Of a stretch of 64,000 nt of DNA, positions 15,485 through 31,501 are shown piece after piece. Below the pieces are notes generated by a model, which saw nothing but the letters and a program-made list of their open reading frames with translations, was not told the DNA's origin and searched no databases. Origin of the DNA: the human T2T-CHM13v2.0 reference genome, Homo sapiens; assembly GCF_009914755.1 (NCBI RefSeq), contig NC_060926.1; one strand, written 5' to 3'. A program made the position numbers and the translations under genes. Numbering within the stretch: position 1 is the first letter of the stretch; each line of letters begins with the position of its first letter.

Positions 15485-17754
15485 TCACAACCCTCAGGAA
15501 GGAATTATTAACTCCATTTTACACATGAGAACGCTAAGGCACAGAGAGGTTAAGTGACTTGCCCAAGATCACCCAGGATAGGGATTCAAACACAATCAGC
15601 CTGGTTGTAGGGTCCTTGCTCTTTACCACCAGGAGGGGAAATAATGGGCTTTTTCTCCTTCTAAAAAGGAAATATCTCTTGTTTTTCCTGATTTTGAAAG
15701 GAACTAAAAAGACACAAAAATATTTAAACAAGATAAAAGGGTATAAACAGAAAGAAGTCTCTCCAGTAGCCCTTGTTAGACATAGAGAAGTTTACTTCTG
15801 GTTTATAATGTTGCATATTATAACTAGCTCTTGGGAGATTCAATTTGCAAATCAAAATGACAGGCAGGCCCAGTGTGTGTTGCAAGACTGGGAAATTATG
15901 GAAAGCGAGGACTTGGACAGGGAGGAGGCAGCATTGGGAGTAGTGCGTAGTAACTTGTGATGTCTCTAGAACGAAAAGCCATGAAGGGCATGTTCCAGGG
16001 GGGGTCTAAGGAAGCCCAGAGGCCCAGGGGTGGGAGGCTTTGGCACTTATGAATATTCCAGGCTGGCTGTTGGGCCTTCAGGAGCAGAGCCTGGCCCTCG
16101 GCAGTGGGCACAGCTGGGGCCTCAAGCTGGCAGGCTGCAGAGGACATCCAGCTTGGCTGATCTGACCCCCTCTCCTGCCCCCTCCCAGCTCATCGCCTGG
16201 GTCTGGGGCTGGCAGGGGAGAGTGAGCTCCCCTAGGCCCCACCCAGCTTCCCTTAATGAGCCCCACTAGGAGCTCCAGCTGTCAATCACCCTGGCTCCTG
16301 GCACAGCCCAAATGTGCCTTCGGCCTTCATATTAGGACGAGGCTGGTGAGCAAAGATGCTGGGCATAGCAGCAGCAGGTCTGTTCAGGAGGGCAGTGATT
16401 AAGGACCAGCATTTCCTAGGGGATGAGTGTCTCCAGCTCCAATGAGAAGTGGGGCCCCTAAACTGTTGGATTGTTTTCCTTTCCTGGCACTTCCAAGAAG
16501 CCCAAGGCTACCTTTCTCTCCAGGGTCCCCACAGAGTGTGAGGTGTCTGGGGGAGAGAATAGAGCTTGCAGGCGAAGCACAGATCAGTTCATGCCCTCAC
16601 AGGATGAGCGTAGAGCCTGGAAGATGGCGAGCAGCCAAGCAGCCAAAATCAGAGAGCCTGGAGGGGAAGGAGAGCAGAGCAGGTGCTCAGGAGCCACCTG
16701 GAGATGTCACAGTCTGCTCTGCCATCCGCCCTTCTCCGGGAACCTGCAGCTACAGGGCCATGCATTGAACCACAGGACCCAGGTCTGGAGGGCCTCAAGT
16801 CTGTGCCCTTGGTTTCAGGAAGGCTCATTAAGTCCAGCAGCTCAAGGAGAGGGAATTACATCACACTTATGAACACTCAGAGGTGAGGACATAGAGGGCC
16901 CTCTCAAAAGCTGCCTACCACAGTCCACTCTTTGGCCCCCAAAGATTCAGAACTCCCTCACAGACAAAACGCATTAACTCCTTCCCAAGGTGCCCTAAAT
17001 TCTCCTTCCATTTCAGCATCAGCTGAAAGTCCAGTTCCGCATCATCATCTCAATCAGGTCCAGCTGTGATGGGAGCGCCTGGGGTGTAGCTCCAACTTTC
17101 AAGTGTGTTTCCTCTCCATCTGTGGATTCATGAAACCAAAGAGACCAGATGTCTGCCCTGCACCAATCCACCTGACATGCAGTGGTGGGACAGACATGGA
17201 TCACAGCTGTAGAGATTCCTGCTCAAAAATTGGGAAAATGAGAGGTAAGAAAACCACTGGTCCACAAAAATTCTCAAATCCAGCTGACTAAAATATTGGG
17301 AGTTCCTTGATGAGGTTTCAAGACTTAGGAATAATTCTCCATGACTTTTGGCTGCATCTTTTAGGCTCTTGGCTCGGCCTCTGAGCCATCCCTCCTTTAT
17401 CATAAAAGGTAACAATCCTTTGCACCTGAATGGTTTTCTCAGCCTGTTTCCTTCCAGTAAAATGTTGGAGGTCCAATAGACTTCTTTCATTTTGTACATC
17501 TTGGTCCCTTTCAGCCCAAACTGGCAGTATTTCTGCTTAGATAATTTTCTCAAAAACTTTGTGCATTTTCTGTGAATCTCACCAGGGTTCACTCTATTTG
17601 TCAAAAGTCTTGGGCTACTGCTGGGGGCCGATGCTCTTAAACTTTCTGGAGGGCCTATTGTTTTATTGGAAAGAATCAGGGAGGGACACCCTAATTCTCC
17701 TGAAAGAGCCCCATATGTGACTGAGTAATACTCTGATTCTTTGGTCTTTCTGAG

Positions 17755-18060
17755 TTTTTTGTTGTTGTTTTCTTTTTGAGATGGAGTCTTGCTGTGTCGC
17801 CCAGCCTGGAGTGCAGTGGCGCGATCTCTGCTCCCTGCAAGCTCCACCTCCCGGGTTCACAGCATTCTCCTGCCTCAGCCTCCTGAGTAGCTGGGACTAC
17901 AGGCGCCCGCCACCACGCCCCGCTAATTTTTTTGTATTTTCAGTACAGACGGGGTTTCACCGTGTTAGCCAGGATGGTCTCAATCTCCTAACTTCGTGAT
18001 CCAACCGCCTCGGCCTCCCAAAGTGCTGGGATCACAGGCGTGAGCCACCGCGCCCGGCCC
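17755..18060 (-). mobile_element. AluY
   Basis: AluY diagnostics (gcaagctcc, gttagccaggatgg); TSD-like ctgagt. Confidence 0.93.
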
Positions 18061-18149
18061 TGAGTCTTAATGAAAGGTTGTAGAGTCACACTCTTGCCTT
18101 TATTTTATTACCAGACCATGTTTTTCTGCCAGTGCCCAGAAGTAATACT

Positions 18150-18690
<541 letters not shown>

Positions 18691-18784
18691 AAGAAGCCAT
18701 TTCTTAACTTTCATATAGTTTGCCATCTAGAGAGACTGCAAACTTTCAAAATCATAAAGTCCTGGCTTCTTTTTTGTTTAATAG

Positions 18785-19097
<313 letters not shown>

Positions 19098-20319
19098 TGT
19101 TTAATAGTTTTAATAGTCCTTCCTTTGATTTATCTTTCATCTCTTGCAATTTACTATAAGCAGCAAGAAGAAACCAGGAGACACCTTCAATACTTCACTT
19201 GAAAATCTTCTTAACTAAATCACCTAGTTCATTAGCCACGTATTCTGGCTTCCACATGATTTCAGATTGACATGTCACTAAGCTTTCTGTCACTATACAA
19301 TAAGCACACACCCATCCTTCCTCTAGTTTCTAATAATATTTTCCTCATTTCCTTTTTAGCCCCCACTGGCAGCCTCCTCAAAGTCAAGATGTTTACTAAC
19401 AATGTGTTCAAGGCAATTTAGGCTTTTTCTAATATGCTCCTCTAAATCTTCCCAGTCTGTGCACACCAAGGGTTCCAAAGCTGCTCCCACACTTTTAGGT
19501 GTTAGTTAGCAGCAGCCTCCTATTTCCAGTTACCAAAATCTGTATTTGTTATTGATGGAGGCACAACAAATTACCCCAAAATGTAATGACTTATAACAAC
19601 AACATTATTACCTCATAGTTTCTGTAGGTTGAAACTATGGCATGCAGATTGCATGGCTTGCTACAATCAAGGTGTTGGCTGGGGCTGTGGTCTCATCTGA
19701 AAGCTTGACAAAGGAAGGCTCCAGTTCCATGCTTACTCACATTATTGTTGACAGGATTCAGTCCCTCAAGTGTTGTTGGACCAAAGACCTCAGTTCATTG
19801 CTTGTTGTAGGCTAGCAGCCACCCTCAGTCTATTGTCATGTGGGTCTCTCCATCAGACAACTCACAACATGGCAGCTTGCTTCATCACAGCAAGCCAGTA
19901 AGATGAGCCAGAAAAAGAAAGTCTGGACAAGACAGAATTCACACTCTTTTGTAACCTAAGCTAGGAAATCAATTTACCATATTCTATTTGTTAGAATCAA
20001 GTGACTGGGTCCATCCCATGTTCGATGGGAGGGGATTACATGAGGATGTGAATACCAGGAGGTGGAGATTTTTTGGAGCCAGTTCAGAAGCTGCCTACTA
20101 CATAAGCCTTTTTGAAGCTCTCCCCTCCTATGGATTTGAAAACACCACACTTGCCAAGTTCTCCCCCTTCTCAGCCTCCAGAGATATTGGTGGGCCTCAG
20201 CTGTCTTCTCATACACATCTTCTCCCTAGTTGAACTTAATTCCATTGCTACTAGTGATTCTGGGATTCACGCCATTAGAAGTACTCAGAGGTATTAAGCT
20301 GACCAGAAGACAAGGCAAG

Positions 20320-21025
20320 ACCTCCTAAAAGGTACAAGGAGTAATATAGTGAATAACCATGTCCTCATCACCAGTTTAAGAAATAAAACAAACAATACCA
20401 GTTCAGTCCCTGGGCCCCCCTTTCTATTTCTATTTATATTTTATATTTTCAGCCTTCTCTTCAGGCTGCTGTCCTGAGTTTGGTGTTTATTGTTATTATG
20501 CATTTCTTCATATTCTTACTACATATGTAGGCATTCTTAAGTCATGTTTATTGTTGTTTTGCATGTTTTAAACTTTTTGCAAACATAGTCATGTTATATG
20601 TATTTCTCTGCAACTTGCTTTGTGTTTACTCTTATTATGTATACTTGCCCATATTAATACTTGTGGGTCTGGTTTATTCTTTTCCACTGTTGCATAGTAT
20701 TCCATTGCATAAACATACCACAATTATGCTATTAATGAACATTTAGTCTGTTTCCAATGAGTTCTTTTATAAACAATGCACAATGAATATTCTATGTCTC
20801 TATTAGCCATATGCGGAAGAGTTCCTGTAGAGTATGGGCTACAAATAAAATGTAGGATATGTGCATTTTCAAATTTTCTAGATAATAGTAACTAGCTCTC
20901 CAAAATTATTGTCTTGAATTTATGCTCCTACCAGCAATGTGTAAGGGTTCAATTACTCTGTCTTCTTAACATTTGAAGTGTCAAACATTGAAGTATTTGT
21001 TATATGGTGGATGTACAATGGAATG
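20320..21025 (-). mobile_element. Old L1ME-type fragment
   Basis: 'gcatagtattccattgcataaacataccacaatt', 'tgctcctaccagcaatgt'. Confidence 0.6.
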
Positions 21026-21089
21026 TCATTCCACTACCAGCAGTGTGGTAGACAAGATATTCTTAGGGCACCTCCTATGAAAATGAAAA

Positions 21090-21268
21090 GAAATAAGAAA
21101 GAGAGAGAGAGGGAAGGAAGGAATAAAGGAAGGAAGGAGGGAAGGAAGGAAGGAGGGAAGGAAGGAAGGAAAGAAGGAAGGAAGGAAGGAGAGAGGGAGT
21201 GGAAGGAGGGAGGGAGGAGGGAGGAAGGAAGGAAGGAAGGAAAGAAGGAAGGAAGGAAGGGAAGGAAA
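21090..21268 (+). repeat. (GGAA)n / polypurine tract
   Basis: About 180 bp of almost pure purines. Confidence 0.95.
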
Positions 21269-22584
21269 TCCTAGATCTTGCCTAAACCATTGTTTGTGTT
21301 GCTTTGCTGGCTTTGTGAGAAATGGAGGGAAATTTTCAAGAGGGAAAAGTCTTGAGAGACAGAGTTGCCTGGACAGTAAATGCTACCTGCTGTCTTGCAG
21401 TCGAGATTGATCCATGGGCCAGTAGCAAAGGGCTGGAATGGGGACCTTGGCCTGAGACCTGATGAGAGGAGATAGGAACAAAGAGGGTTAAAGTGGCCCT
21501 AGGTGAGTGGCTCTCTGGCCTGCAGCAAAAGAAAATGCGAATTCTATTTGGAGGAAACCATCCCCAATGTAAGCTCTAGGGTTTCCTCCCAGATTTAGAT
21601 AAACAAAATATGAACTCACAATTCATTATCACCAAAGAAACAAAGCTAGAAACACAAAAATATGAAGGCAACAAGAGATTGTCAGTAGCAAGACAGATTT
21701 TAAAACAAACTAAAGGTTAGAAATTAAAAATATAATTGTTGAAATAAAAACTCAATAAACCAATCTCCCTTATGAATATAGATGTACAAATCCTTAACAA
21801 ATATTAGCAAATAAAATTTGGCAATATACAAAAAGAATTGTACCTCATGACTAAACAGGGTTCCAGCGATGGAAAGCCGGTTCAATATTTGAACATCAAT
21901 CAATATAATCTACCATATTAATAGACTAAAGAAAAATACCTATGAGATTATATCAATTGGTGCAAAAAAACAGTATTGGACAAAATTCAACACCTGTTCA
22001 TGATTAAACAAACAAACAAACGACTCTCAGAAAAATAGGAATAGAGGGGATGAATCTCCACAGAATTATGCTGAGAGGAAAAAAAAGTCAATCCAAAAGG
22101 TTACATACTGTATGATTCCATTTATATAACATTCTTAAAATGACAGAATTATAGAAATGGAGAATGGCAAATAGATTAATGGTTGCCAGAAGTGGGTGGG
22201 GTGGGAGAAAAGTAGGGGTGGGTAGGGGTGGGTATAAAAGGGCAGCATGAGGGATTCTTGGGTGAGGAAATGTTCCATGAGATTCCATGAGGGTGATGGA
22301 AATATTCTGTATCTTGACTGTATCATTGTCAATGTCCTGGTTATGATACTGTTCTGTAGTTTTGCAAGATGTTACCATTGGCAGAAACTGGATAGAGTAC
22401 GTGGGAATTTTCTATGTTTTTTCTCAAAACTGCATGTGAATCTACAATTCTCTCAAACTAAAAAGTGAACAAAACTACTCCATGGAAGGGTTAAAGAGAA
22501 GAGTATATAAAGATGAAGAGAGAATTTATCGAAAATGGAAAGAGAGAGACCAAGGAGATAGAAAATAAGAGTAAGAAAATAAGA

Positions 22585-22883
22585 GGCCGGGCGCGGTGGC
22601 TCTCGCCTGTAATCCCAGCACTTTGGGAGGCCGAGGCGGGCGGATCATGAGGTCAGGAGATCGAGACCATCCTGGCTAACACGGTGAAACCCCGTCTCTA
22701 CTAAAAATACAAAAACAAAATTAGCTGTGTGTGGTGGCAGGCACCTGTAGTCCCAGCTACTTGGGAGGCTGAGGCAGGAGAATGGCGTGAACCTGGGAAG
22801 AGGAGCTTGCAGGGAGCTGAGATCGCGCCAGTGTTTGCCAGCCTGGGCGACACAGTGAGACTCCATCACAAAAAAAAAAAAAA
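22585..22883 (+). mobile_element. AluY
   Basis: TSD taagaaaataaga; AluY diagnostics. Confidence 0.93.
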
Positions 22884-23340
22884 GAATAAGAAAATAAGAA
22901 GAGTAGGGTGAGAAGGTTCAACATACCCCAGTCAAAACTTCACGAGGATGAAATACAGAAAATGGAAGAGAGGCGTCTTTGAAGTGATAATGGCTGAGAA
23001 ATGTCTAGTACTGAGGATAGACTAGGACCCATAGCTATAGGAAACAGGATAAATAAAAAGGAATCAATACCTAAACACACTGCAGTGGAAATGCAGAACA
23101 TGTAAGACAGAAATATTTTAAAAGACCACAGGAAAAAGATCACCTATAAAGAAGCTAGAATTAGATCTGCAGTCAATTTCTCATAGCAATTATAAAAGTT
23201 AGAACACAGTGAAATTATATATACACACACATAATCATGCATGCACACACACATAAAATAGGGATATTGCTTTCTTTTCTTTTTAAAATAGACTATTTTT
23301 CAGAAGAGTTTTAGCTTCACAGCAAAATTGAATGGAAAGT

Positions 23341-23483
23341 ACAGAGACTTCTCATATACTCCCTGTCCCCACCAACCTTCCCAGCTGACAATATTCTACA
23401 CTGGAGTGTTGGACAGAGACTTCTCATATACTCCCTGTCCCCACCAACCTTCCCAGCTGACAATATTCTACACTGGAGTGTTG
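23341..23483 (+). repeat. Perfect 71-bp tandem duplication (period 72)
   Basis: 23341-23411 equals 23413-23483. Confidence 0.95.
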
Positions 23484-24575
23484 CATTTATTACAACTAAT
23501 GAACCTATATTGACACACGGTTATCACTCAAAGTCTATAGTTAACATTAGGGTTCACCTGTGGTGTTGCATGTTCTATGGGTTTTGAAAAATGAATCATG
23601 AACTGTATCTACCACTATAGGATCATGCAGAATAATTCTACTGCCCTAAAAATCCTCTGTGATCTGCCTACTCATCCCTTTCTCCCCTCAACCTCTAACA
23701 ACCACTGATCTTTTTACTATCTTTGTTTGTTTTTTACTGTTTCACTTTTTCCAGAATGTCATATAGTTTGAATCATACAGTATGTATCCGTTTCAAATTG
23801 GCTTCTTTCACTTAGTAATACTCATTTAAGTTTCCTCCGTATTTTTTCATGACTTGATTTCTTTTTAGCTCACTTCTTTTTTCTTTTTAGCTCTGAATAA
23901 TAATCCACGTTTGAATGTACCAGGGTTCGTTTATCCATTCACCTACTGAAGGGCATCTTGGTTGCTTCCAGGTTTTGGCACTCATGAATAATGTTGCTCT
24001 GTGCATCCATGTGCAGGTTTTCTGTGCACATAAGTTTTCAGTTCATTTGGATAAATACCAAGAAGCATGATTGCTAGGTTGATGTATTTTTTAAATTGTT
24101 TTAAATATTTAATTTACATACCATGTGATTCTCCCAGTTAGAGTGTAGAATTGAGTGTTTTTAATATATTAACTATCACCACAATCAATTTAAGGACATT
24201 TTCATCTACCCTAAAAGGCACCCCGTATCCATTACTGTCATTCCCCTATTCTCCCGCTCCTCTCACCCCAATCCCTGGCAACCAGTAGTCTGCTTTCTGT
24301 CTCTATAGATTTGCCTGTTCCAAATATTGCATATAAATGGAATCACACAAGGCACAGTCTTTCCTGACTGGCTTGTTTTGCTTAGTATAATGTCTTCAAG
24401 GTTCATCCTATTTGTTGCATGTATCAATACTTCATTTCTTTTTATTGCTGAATAACATTTGATTATATGGATATGCTACATCTTATTTATCCACTCATCC
24501 ATTGATGGACATGTAATATAAAGCTGTCACTTGTTGCCTCAATGACTCCCTGAGTGTTAGCACCCACCCTGCTTA

Positions 24576-25216
24576 ATTTTGTTTTGTTTTGTTTTTTTAT
24601 TTTACTTTAAGTTCTGGGATACAAGTGCAGAACATGCAGGTTTGTTACATAGGTATATATGTGCCATGGTGGTTTACTGCACCTATCAATCCATCATAGC
24701 TTTTAAGCCTCGCATGCATTAGGTATTTGTTCTAATGTTCTCCCTCCCCTTGCCCCTCACCCCCGACAGGCCCCATGTGATATTCCCCTCCCTGTGTCCA
24801 TGTATTCTCATTGTTCAACTCCCACTTATGAGTGAGAAGATGTCGTGTTTGGTTTTCTGTTCCTGTGTTAGTTTGCTGAGAATGATGGTTTCCAGCTTCA
24901 TCGATGTCCCTGTAAAGGACATGAACTCATTCTTCTTATGGCTGCATAGTATTCCATAGTGTGTATGTGCCACATTTTCTTTATCCAGTCTATCATTGAT
25001 GGGCATTTGGGTTGGTTCCAAGTCTTTGCTATTGCAAATAGTGCCACAAAAAAACATACGTGTGCATGTGTCTTTATAGTAGAATGATTTATAGTCCTTT
25101 GGGTATACACCCAGTAATGGGATTGCTGGGTCAAATGGTATTTCTTGTTCTAGATCCTTGAGGAATCGCCACACTGTCTCCCACAATGGTTGAACTAATT
25201 TACACTCCCACCAACC
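24576..25216 (-). mobile_element. 5'-truncated L1PA (L1PA7/8-like)
   Basis: ORF2 C-terminus ([22 protein letters not shown]), 3'UTR and T-rich tail. Confidence 0.9.
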
Positions 25217-25825
25217 GCACTGCTTGTTTTGACTTTTACCTAGTTATTGCTCATTTCTGGGTACCCGTCACTAACATGTGTGTTCAAGCAATAAGCCTCC
25301 TGATGACTTCCCCCTGCTTCCGCTGTCCCCTAAATATATGACAATTTTTGCTGAAATCCATAGTTAGTGTTTCCATTATTATGCTTCTGAAACTCTACTC
25401 CACAATAAGCAGGTGGAGTATTGTGATTGCATTTCCTTTCTGACATAACTTTTTGTGTTTGCCTCATTCTTTTCCATTTGTTTAGTTCTCTCTGAATCTC
25501 TGGCCACATCTTTCCCTAAATTCCAGCGGCTCTACAGCTCTATCCAAAGGCCTCTTAGCACGATTATCCCTAGGACCAAAGGCATCCATTCCATTGTTTT
25601 TCTCAAAGCATCCATCCTAGAGCCTCTGTCGTCTGTCCTCTTGCTGCAGTCTGAACTGGCCAGTTTCTAACTGTGGTGCACAGTAGCTTCTGAGAAAAGG
25701 CACATACGTTTGTTTGCTCAGTTATTAGTTGGCTCATTTTTCATTTTGCAAGTCCTAATACGTCTTTCTGTTTCATAGACATTTCATTGATAGTTTGGCT
25801 AGGCATAGAATGAGTTCTTTGGTTA

Positions 25826-26580
<755 letters not shown>

Positions 26581-26824
26581 ATCCCCCCAAAACAAAAATA
26601 AGCATTGGCACTCAGAATTTTGTCAACGTATCTCCATTGCCTTTTATTTTTCAATGTCGCCATTTCTCTTAAAATTAAATACCATCCTATGCTAGCTTAG
26701 TGAGTATAGTATCTTATCTCTCTGAGAATATGAATTATAGTTTCTTTGAGATTTTCTTCTGCTCAGCCTCCCATGATTAAAATTCAATTAGAAATTGGAA
26801 TATACTGTTGCTGTGTAGCCACAG

Positions 26825-27522
26825 GTCCCCACAGTAGAGGCACTTGAAATGATCTTCAAATTGTAGTGTCCACTATAATCCCTTGAGGAGTTTCTAAAAA
26901 CTGTACATACACCTTCCCACACCCAGATGTGCTGGTGCAGCAGGTCTGGAACAGGGCTCGAGAATGCCCCTCTCAGCCAGCCCGCAAAGGCATTTCCACC
27001 TTAGTGGCTCCCTGGGAAGTAGCCCTGCCTTTGGATGTCTTGGGAATTAAGTCACATTGTCATTCTGCTTCTATCTCAAATTTGCAATTCACATCACCCT
27101 CCTGAGCCTCAGTTTTCTGACCCATGGAACAGAGAAAATATCCACCTGCCTTCCTCACCCCACATTATGTGGACTAATTGAGATGACTGAAAAAAAATCT
27201 CTGCAAACCACTCAGTCTTCTCAGGTTGTAAGGGAGGACTATGATGATTTGTGCTGTTGTACCAGCTGAGGACTCCACTGGGGTCCTACCATGTGTCCTA
27301 CCATGTGATGCTACGAGAGGCACTCAGCTTCTCTGATTCTGAAAGGAAAAAATTGGATGTGGTGGTTTTTTACCCTGTCTGCCTATTAGAATCACCTGCC
27401 AATACCTGGGCCCACCTCCGGACATCCTGCTCTAAAAGGTCTGGAGTGGAACACAGGCATCAGCTTGTTTGAAGATGCTTCCTGAATGATTCTCACATGC
27501 AGCCAAGGCTGAACCATGGGCT
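26825..27522. mobile_element. MER5-like (about 26830-26965 and 27355-27520) and MIR (about 27100-27190) fragments
   Basis: 'ttagaatcacctg', 'tgattctcacatgcagccaaggctga', 'ctgagcctcagttttct'. Confidence 0.55.
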
Positions 27523-27971
27523 AGGTGATCAGGAAGGCCTCTGTCAGCTCTAAAAATATTCCAACTCCTGCGGGGATTGTCAGGCCAGAGGCACAGATGG
27601 TAGTACCGGATGGGTTGGGGCTATCACAGCAGTTCTCAGCTTCCCCATTTCTGCTCAGTTCCAGCTGGACCCTCTCCCCAGCCAGCAGGGCCCCCAATTC
27701 GCTGTGGCAAGAGCAGCTCAGACTGTAAGAGGTCACAGCTGTGCACCTGGCAGACGGCCCCGACACACTGATCCTTGCAGCCTTCTGAGACATCAGCTGC
27801 GGGTGGGCTGGGGGGTCAGCTGTCTGGGGGCCAGCTTAGTGCTGAAGCATTTGCAAGCCTTGGGGAGTGGGGACTTCCAGCTAGGAGGTGCTGCATTTGA
27901 AAAAAAAACATCTAAAAAAGTTTTCCGGCTTCATTAAAAAACACATGATAATTATTAAAAATTTCAACAGC

Positions 27972-28278
27972 GGCCAGGTGCAGTGACTCACACCTGTAAT
28001 CCCAGCAGTTTGGGAGGCCGGGGCAGGTGGATCACGAGGTCAGGAGATTGAGACCATCCTGGCCAACATGGTGAAACCCCGTTACTACTAAAAATACAAA
28101 AATTAGCCAGATGTGGTTGTGCACGCCTGTAGTCGCAGCTACTCAGGAGGCTGAGGGAGGAGAATCACTTGAACCCAGGAGGCGGAGTTGCAGTGAGCTG
28201 AGATCACGCCACTGCACTCCAGCATAGGCGACAGAGGGAGACTCCACCTCAAAAAAACACACAAAAAAACAAAAACAC
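27972..28278 (+). mobile_element. AluSc-like
   Basis: Dimeric Alu; TSD-like ttcaacagc. Confidence 0.92.
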
Positions 28279-28779
28279 AAAGAAAACTTCAACAGCACAG
28301 AACAAGGTAAAAAAGGAACAACAAAAATATCACATGGTACACCACCATTTAGCAATAATCTGTTTACACTTGATAATATTTCCAAATGTCCGTGTATGTC
28401 ATGGCCCTGACAGTTAACTTGTTGAGTGTTTACTCCAGGGCAGGCAAAAGCTAAGACTTGACTTCATGAAATTGCCACGGCACACAGGATGGCGGGGACT
28501 CCTATGACTCCCTTCCCACAGGTTGAAGAAATGGGGTGAGGAATCTGCGCAAGGTTACATCTGGAAGGTGCTGGACTTCAAGCCCAAATCTGTCCAGCTC
28601 CAATGTTCTAATACTAATTCCTACCAAGTGCTAAAGTAGTGGCAGGTCATATTATAGAAATTGTCATTCAAAAGAGTGAGTTCTGGGTCCTTTTTCACTT
28701 AATGTCTCCTGACCTTTCGCCAAAATCATTAAAATGCTTTCGTTTGTTTGTTTCACCAGTGATCAAAGAAAAGCAAATC

Positions 28780-29075
28780 AGCCAGATGCTGCGGCCCATG
28801 CCTGTAATCCCAGCACTTTGGGAGGCTAAGGAGGGAGAATCGCTTGAGCACAGGAGTTAGAGACCAGTCTAGGCAATATAGTGAGACCCCCGTCTCTACA
28901 AAAAATAAAACACTAGCCAGGTATGGTGGTGCGTGCCTATAGTCCCAGCTACTTGGGAGGCTGAGGCAGGAGGACTGCTTGAGCCCAGGAGATCAAGGCT
29001 GCAGCGAGCTATGATTGCATCACTGAACCCCAGCCTGGGTGACAGAGAAACCTGCTGTCTCAAGAAAAAAAAAAA
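28780..29075 (+). mobile_element. AluJ
   Basis: Dimeric Alu. Confidence 0.9.
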
Positions 29076-29313
29076 GGAAAATATCATTTTTTCACATATC
29101 ACATTGGCAACATTTTAACATAAAACAAGATGCATATGAAGAGTTTTAAATGAATGTTCAAATGCCTTGATTCAGTAATTCCATATCGAGGAACCTATTC
29201 TAAGAGACAGAGCGGTAGTGGAAGATTTATTTATAAAAATATTCATTGTGGCATTATTTAGAGCTGTGAAAATTGCTGTGGAAAATAATTTGAATGTATA
29301 ACACGCAACTTCA

Positions 29314-29771
<458 letters not shown>

Positions 29772-30198
29772 TTAAACAACATTTCAACATTTCAGTCTTC
29801 TTATTACCTAATAATGTGAAAAGGAAAGGGAAGCTTAGGGTATGCTTAGGATAGGTTGCATTCAAATATAGGTTTGTGGCATACTCACAATTCCCTTTGT
29901 AGTTGTGGCGGCCTGCCCAGAAATAGGCAGCTAAACAGGTTTCAGAAGAGATCTCCCTAAGGGCCAGAAGGGATCTGCCTCCCAAAGTGTTAAGATCCTG
30001 AGTCAGGGCAAAACAAAACAAACAAACAAAAAACGCACAAAACAAAAAAGGGTTTCAGACATGGGACCCAAAGCCACAGTGCCAAGTCCATAGGATCCAA
30101 ATTACAGGTAACAATGTGCAAGCAAGTTGCTTCTCCTACCAGTAACCATGAGGCACAGCTCCCTGGTGTGTCGCAGAAGGCTGTGTTTACTTAACGAT

Positions 30199-30551
30199 TG
30201 CTATGGCTTGAATGTGTCCCCCAAAAAGTATGTGTTGGAAATGTAATCCCCAGTGCAGCAGTATTGGGAGACGGGGCCCAATGGGAGCAGTTTAGATCAT
30301 GAGGGCTCCACCCTTATGAATAGATTCATGCCAATTTTAAAAGAGCTTGAGACTGCAAATTCAATCTCTTGCCTTCTCTCACCATGCAATACCTTCAGTC
30401 ATGTTATGACGCAGCAAGAAACCCTCGCCAGATGCATTCCTCAATCTTGGACTTCCCAGCCTCCAGAACCATGAACCAAATAAATTTCTGTTTGTTACAA
30501 ATTAGCCAGTGTGTGGTATTCTGCTATCGCAGCACAAAACAGACTAAGACA
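30199..30551 (+). mobile_element. MST (MSTB-like) MaLR solo LTR
   Basis: TG...CA termini 'tgctatggcttgaatgtgtcccc' and 'agactaagaca'; 5-bp TSD acgat/acaat. Confidence 0.88.
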
Positions 30552-30894
30552 ACAATGGTTAGTGACATTCTGAGCAAGGCTGGGAGGCCACAGTTTGCAA
30601 ATATGAATAGGAACAGCCTAGAAGGACAGTCCGGTATTACCAACACTTATCTCTGAGTGGTGGGATTAACCAATTATTTTTCACTTTTTACATTTCTGTG
30701 TTTTCTAAATTTTTTTGTCCTAAATACATGTGACTTTTTGAAAATTCTTATTAAGAAAAATGTCAAACATACCAAAAGTAAAGAGACTAAAAAAAATTAA
30801 TCTTCCTCTGTCCATCACTAAGCTTTGGCTATTCTCAACATTCTGTCAAACCTGTTTTATCTCTCCACACTCCAATTTTGTTTTTTCTTCAGTA

Positions 30895-31195
<301 letters not shown>

Positions 31196-31501
31196 TTTTC
31201 TTGAGTATTTAAAAACAAATCCTAATTTTTCCATGTTAGGCCAGTGAAGCCCCCTCAAGTTGTCTCATATGTCCTTTTCAAATGACTTCATTAGTCTTTG
31301 ACAGTTTCTGTGCTTCCTGGCACAACAAAATATTCCTGCTAGTGGTAGATTTTTAAAAATGGTTACAAATCCCTCTCTTTCCTGTATGCAGGCTTCTTTG
31401 CAATATGACTTTGCAACTTAGAGTTGAATGGACTCTAGAACAATATGCAGCATGAGAAATGGGAGGATTTTGCTCCCCCAAAGTGCAATAAGGCCCTCTG
31501 T

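Larger units (their letters stand above)
21500..24520. mobile_element. Nested old L1 fragments (L1M 5'/ORF1, ORF2 piece, L1MC-like 3' ends in both orientations)
   Basis: L1 motifs such as 'gacaaaattcaacacctgttcatgatt' and 'gcttcacagcaaaattgaatggaaagtacagag'. Confidence 0.7.

Noticed and set aside
17128-17847. 239-aa ORF as a gene
   Set aside because: Starts inside an AluY with a non-ATG codon and runs into MaLR internal sequence; no gene evidence
20978-21274. 98-aa EGRK-rich ORF
   Set aside because: Translation of the GGAA microsatellite
23341-23483. CRISPR-like or regularly spaced repeat array (here and at 55551-55814)
   Set aside because: Only two adjacent copies, no spacers, no cas genes; eukaryotic context
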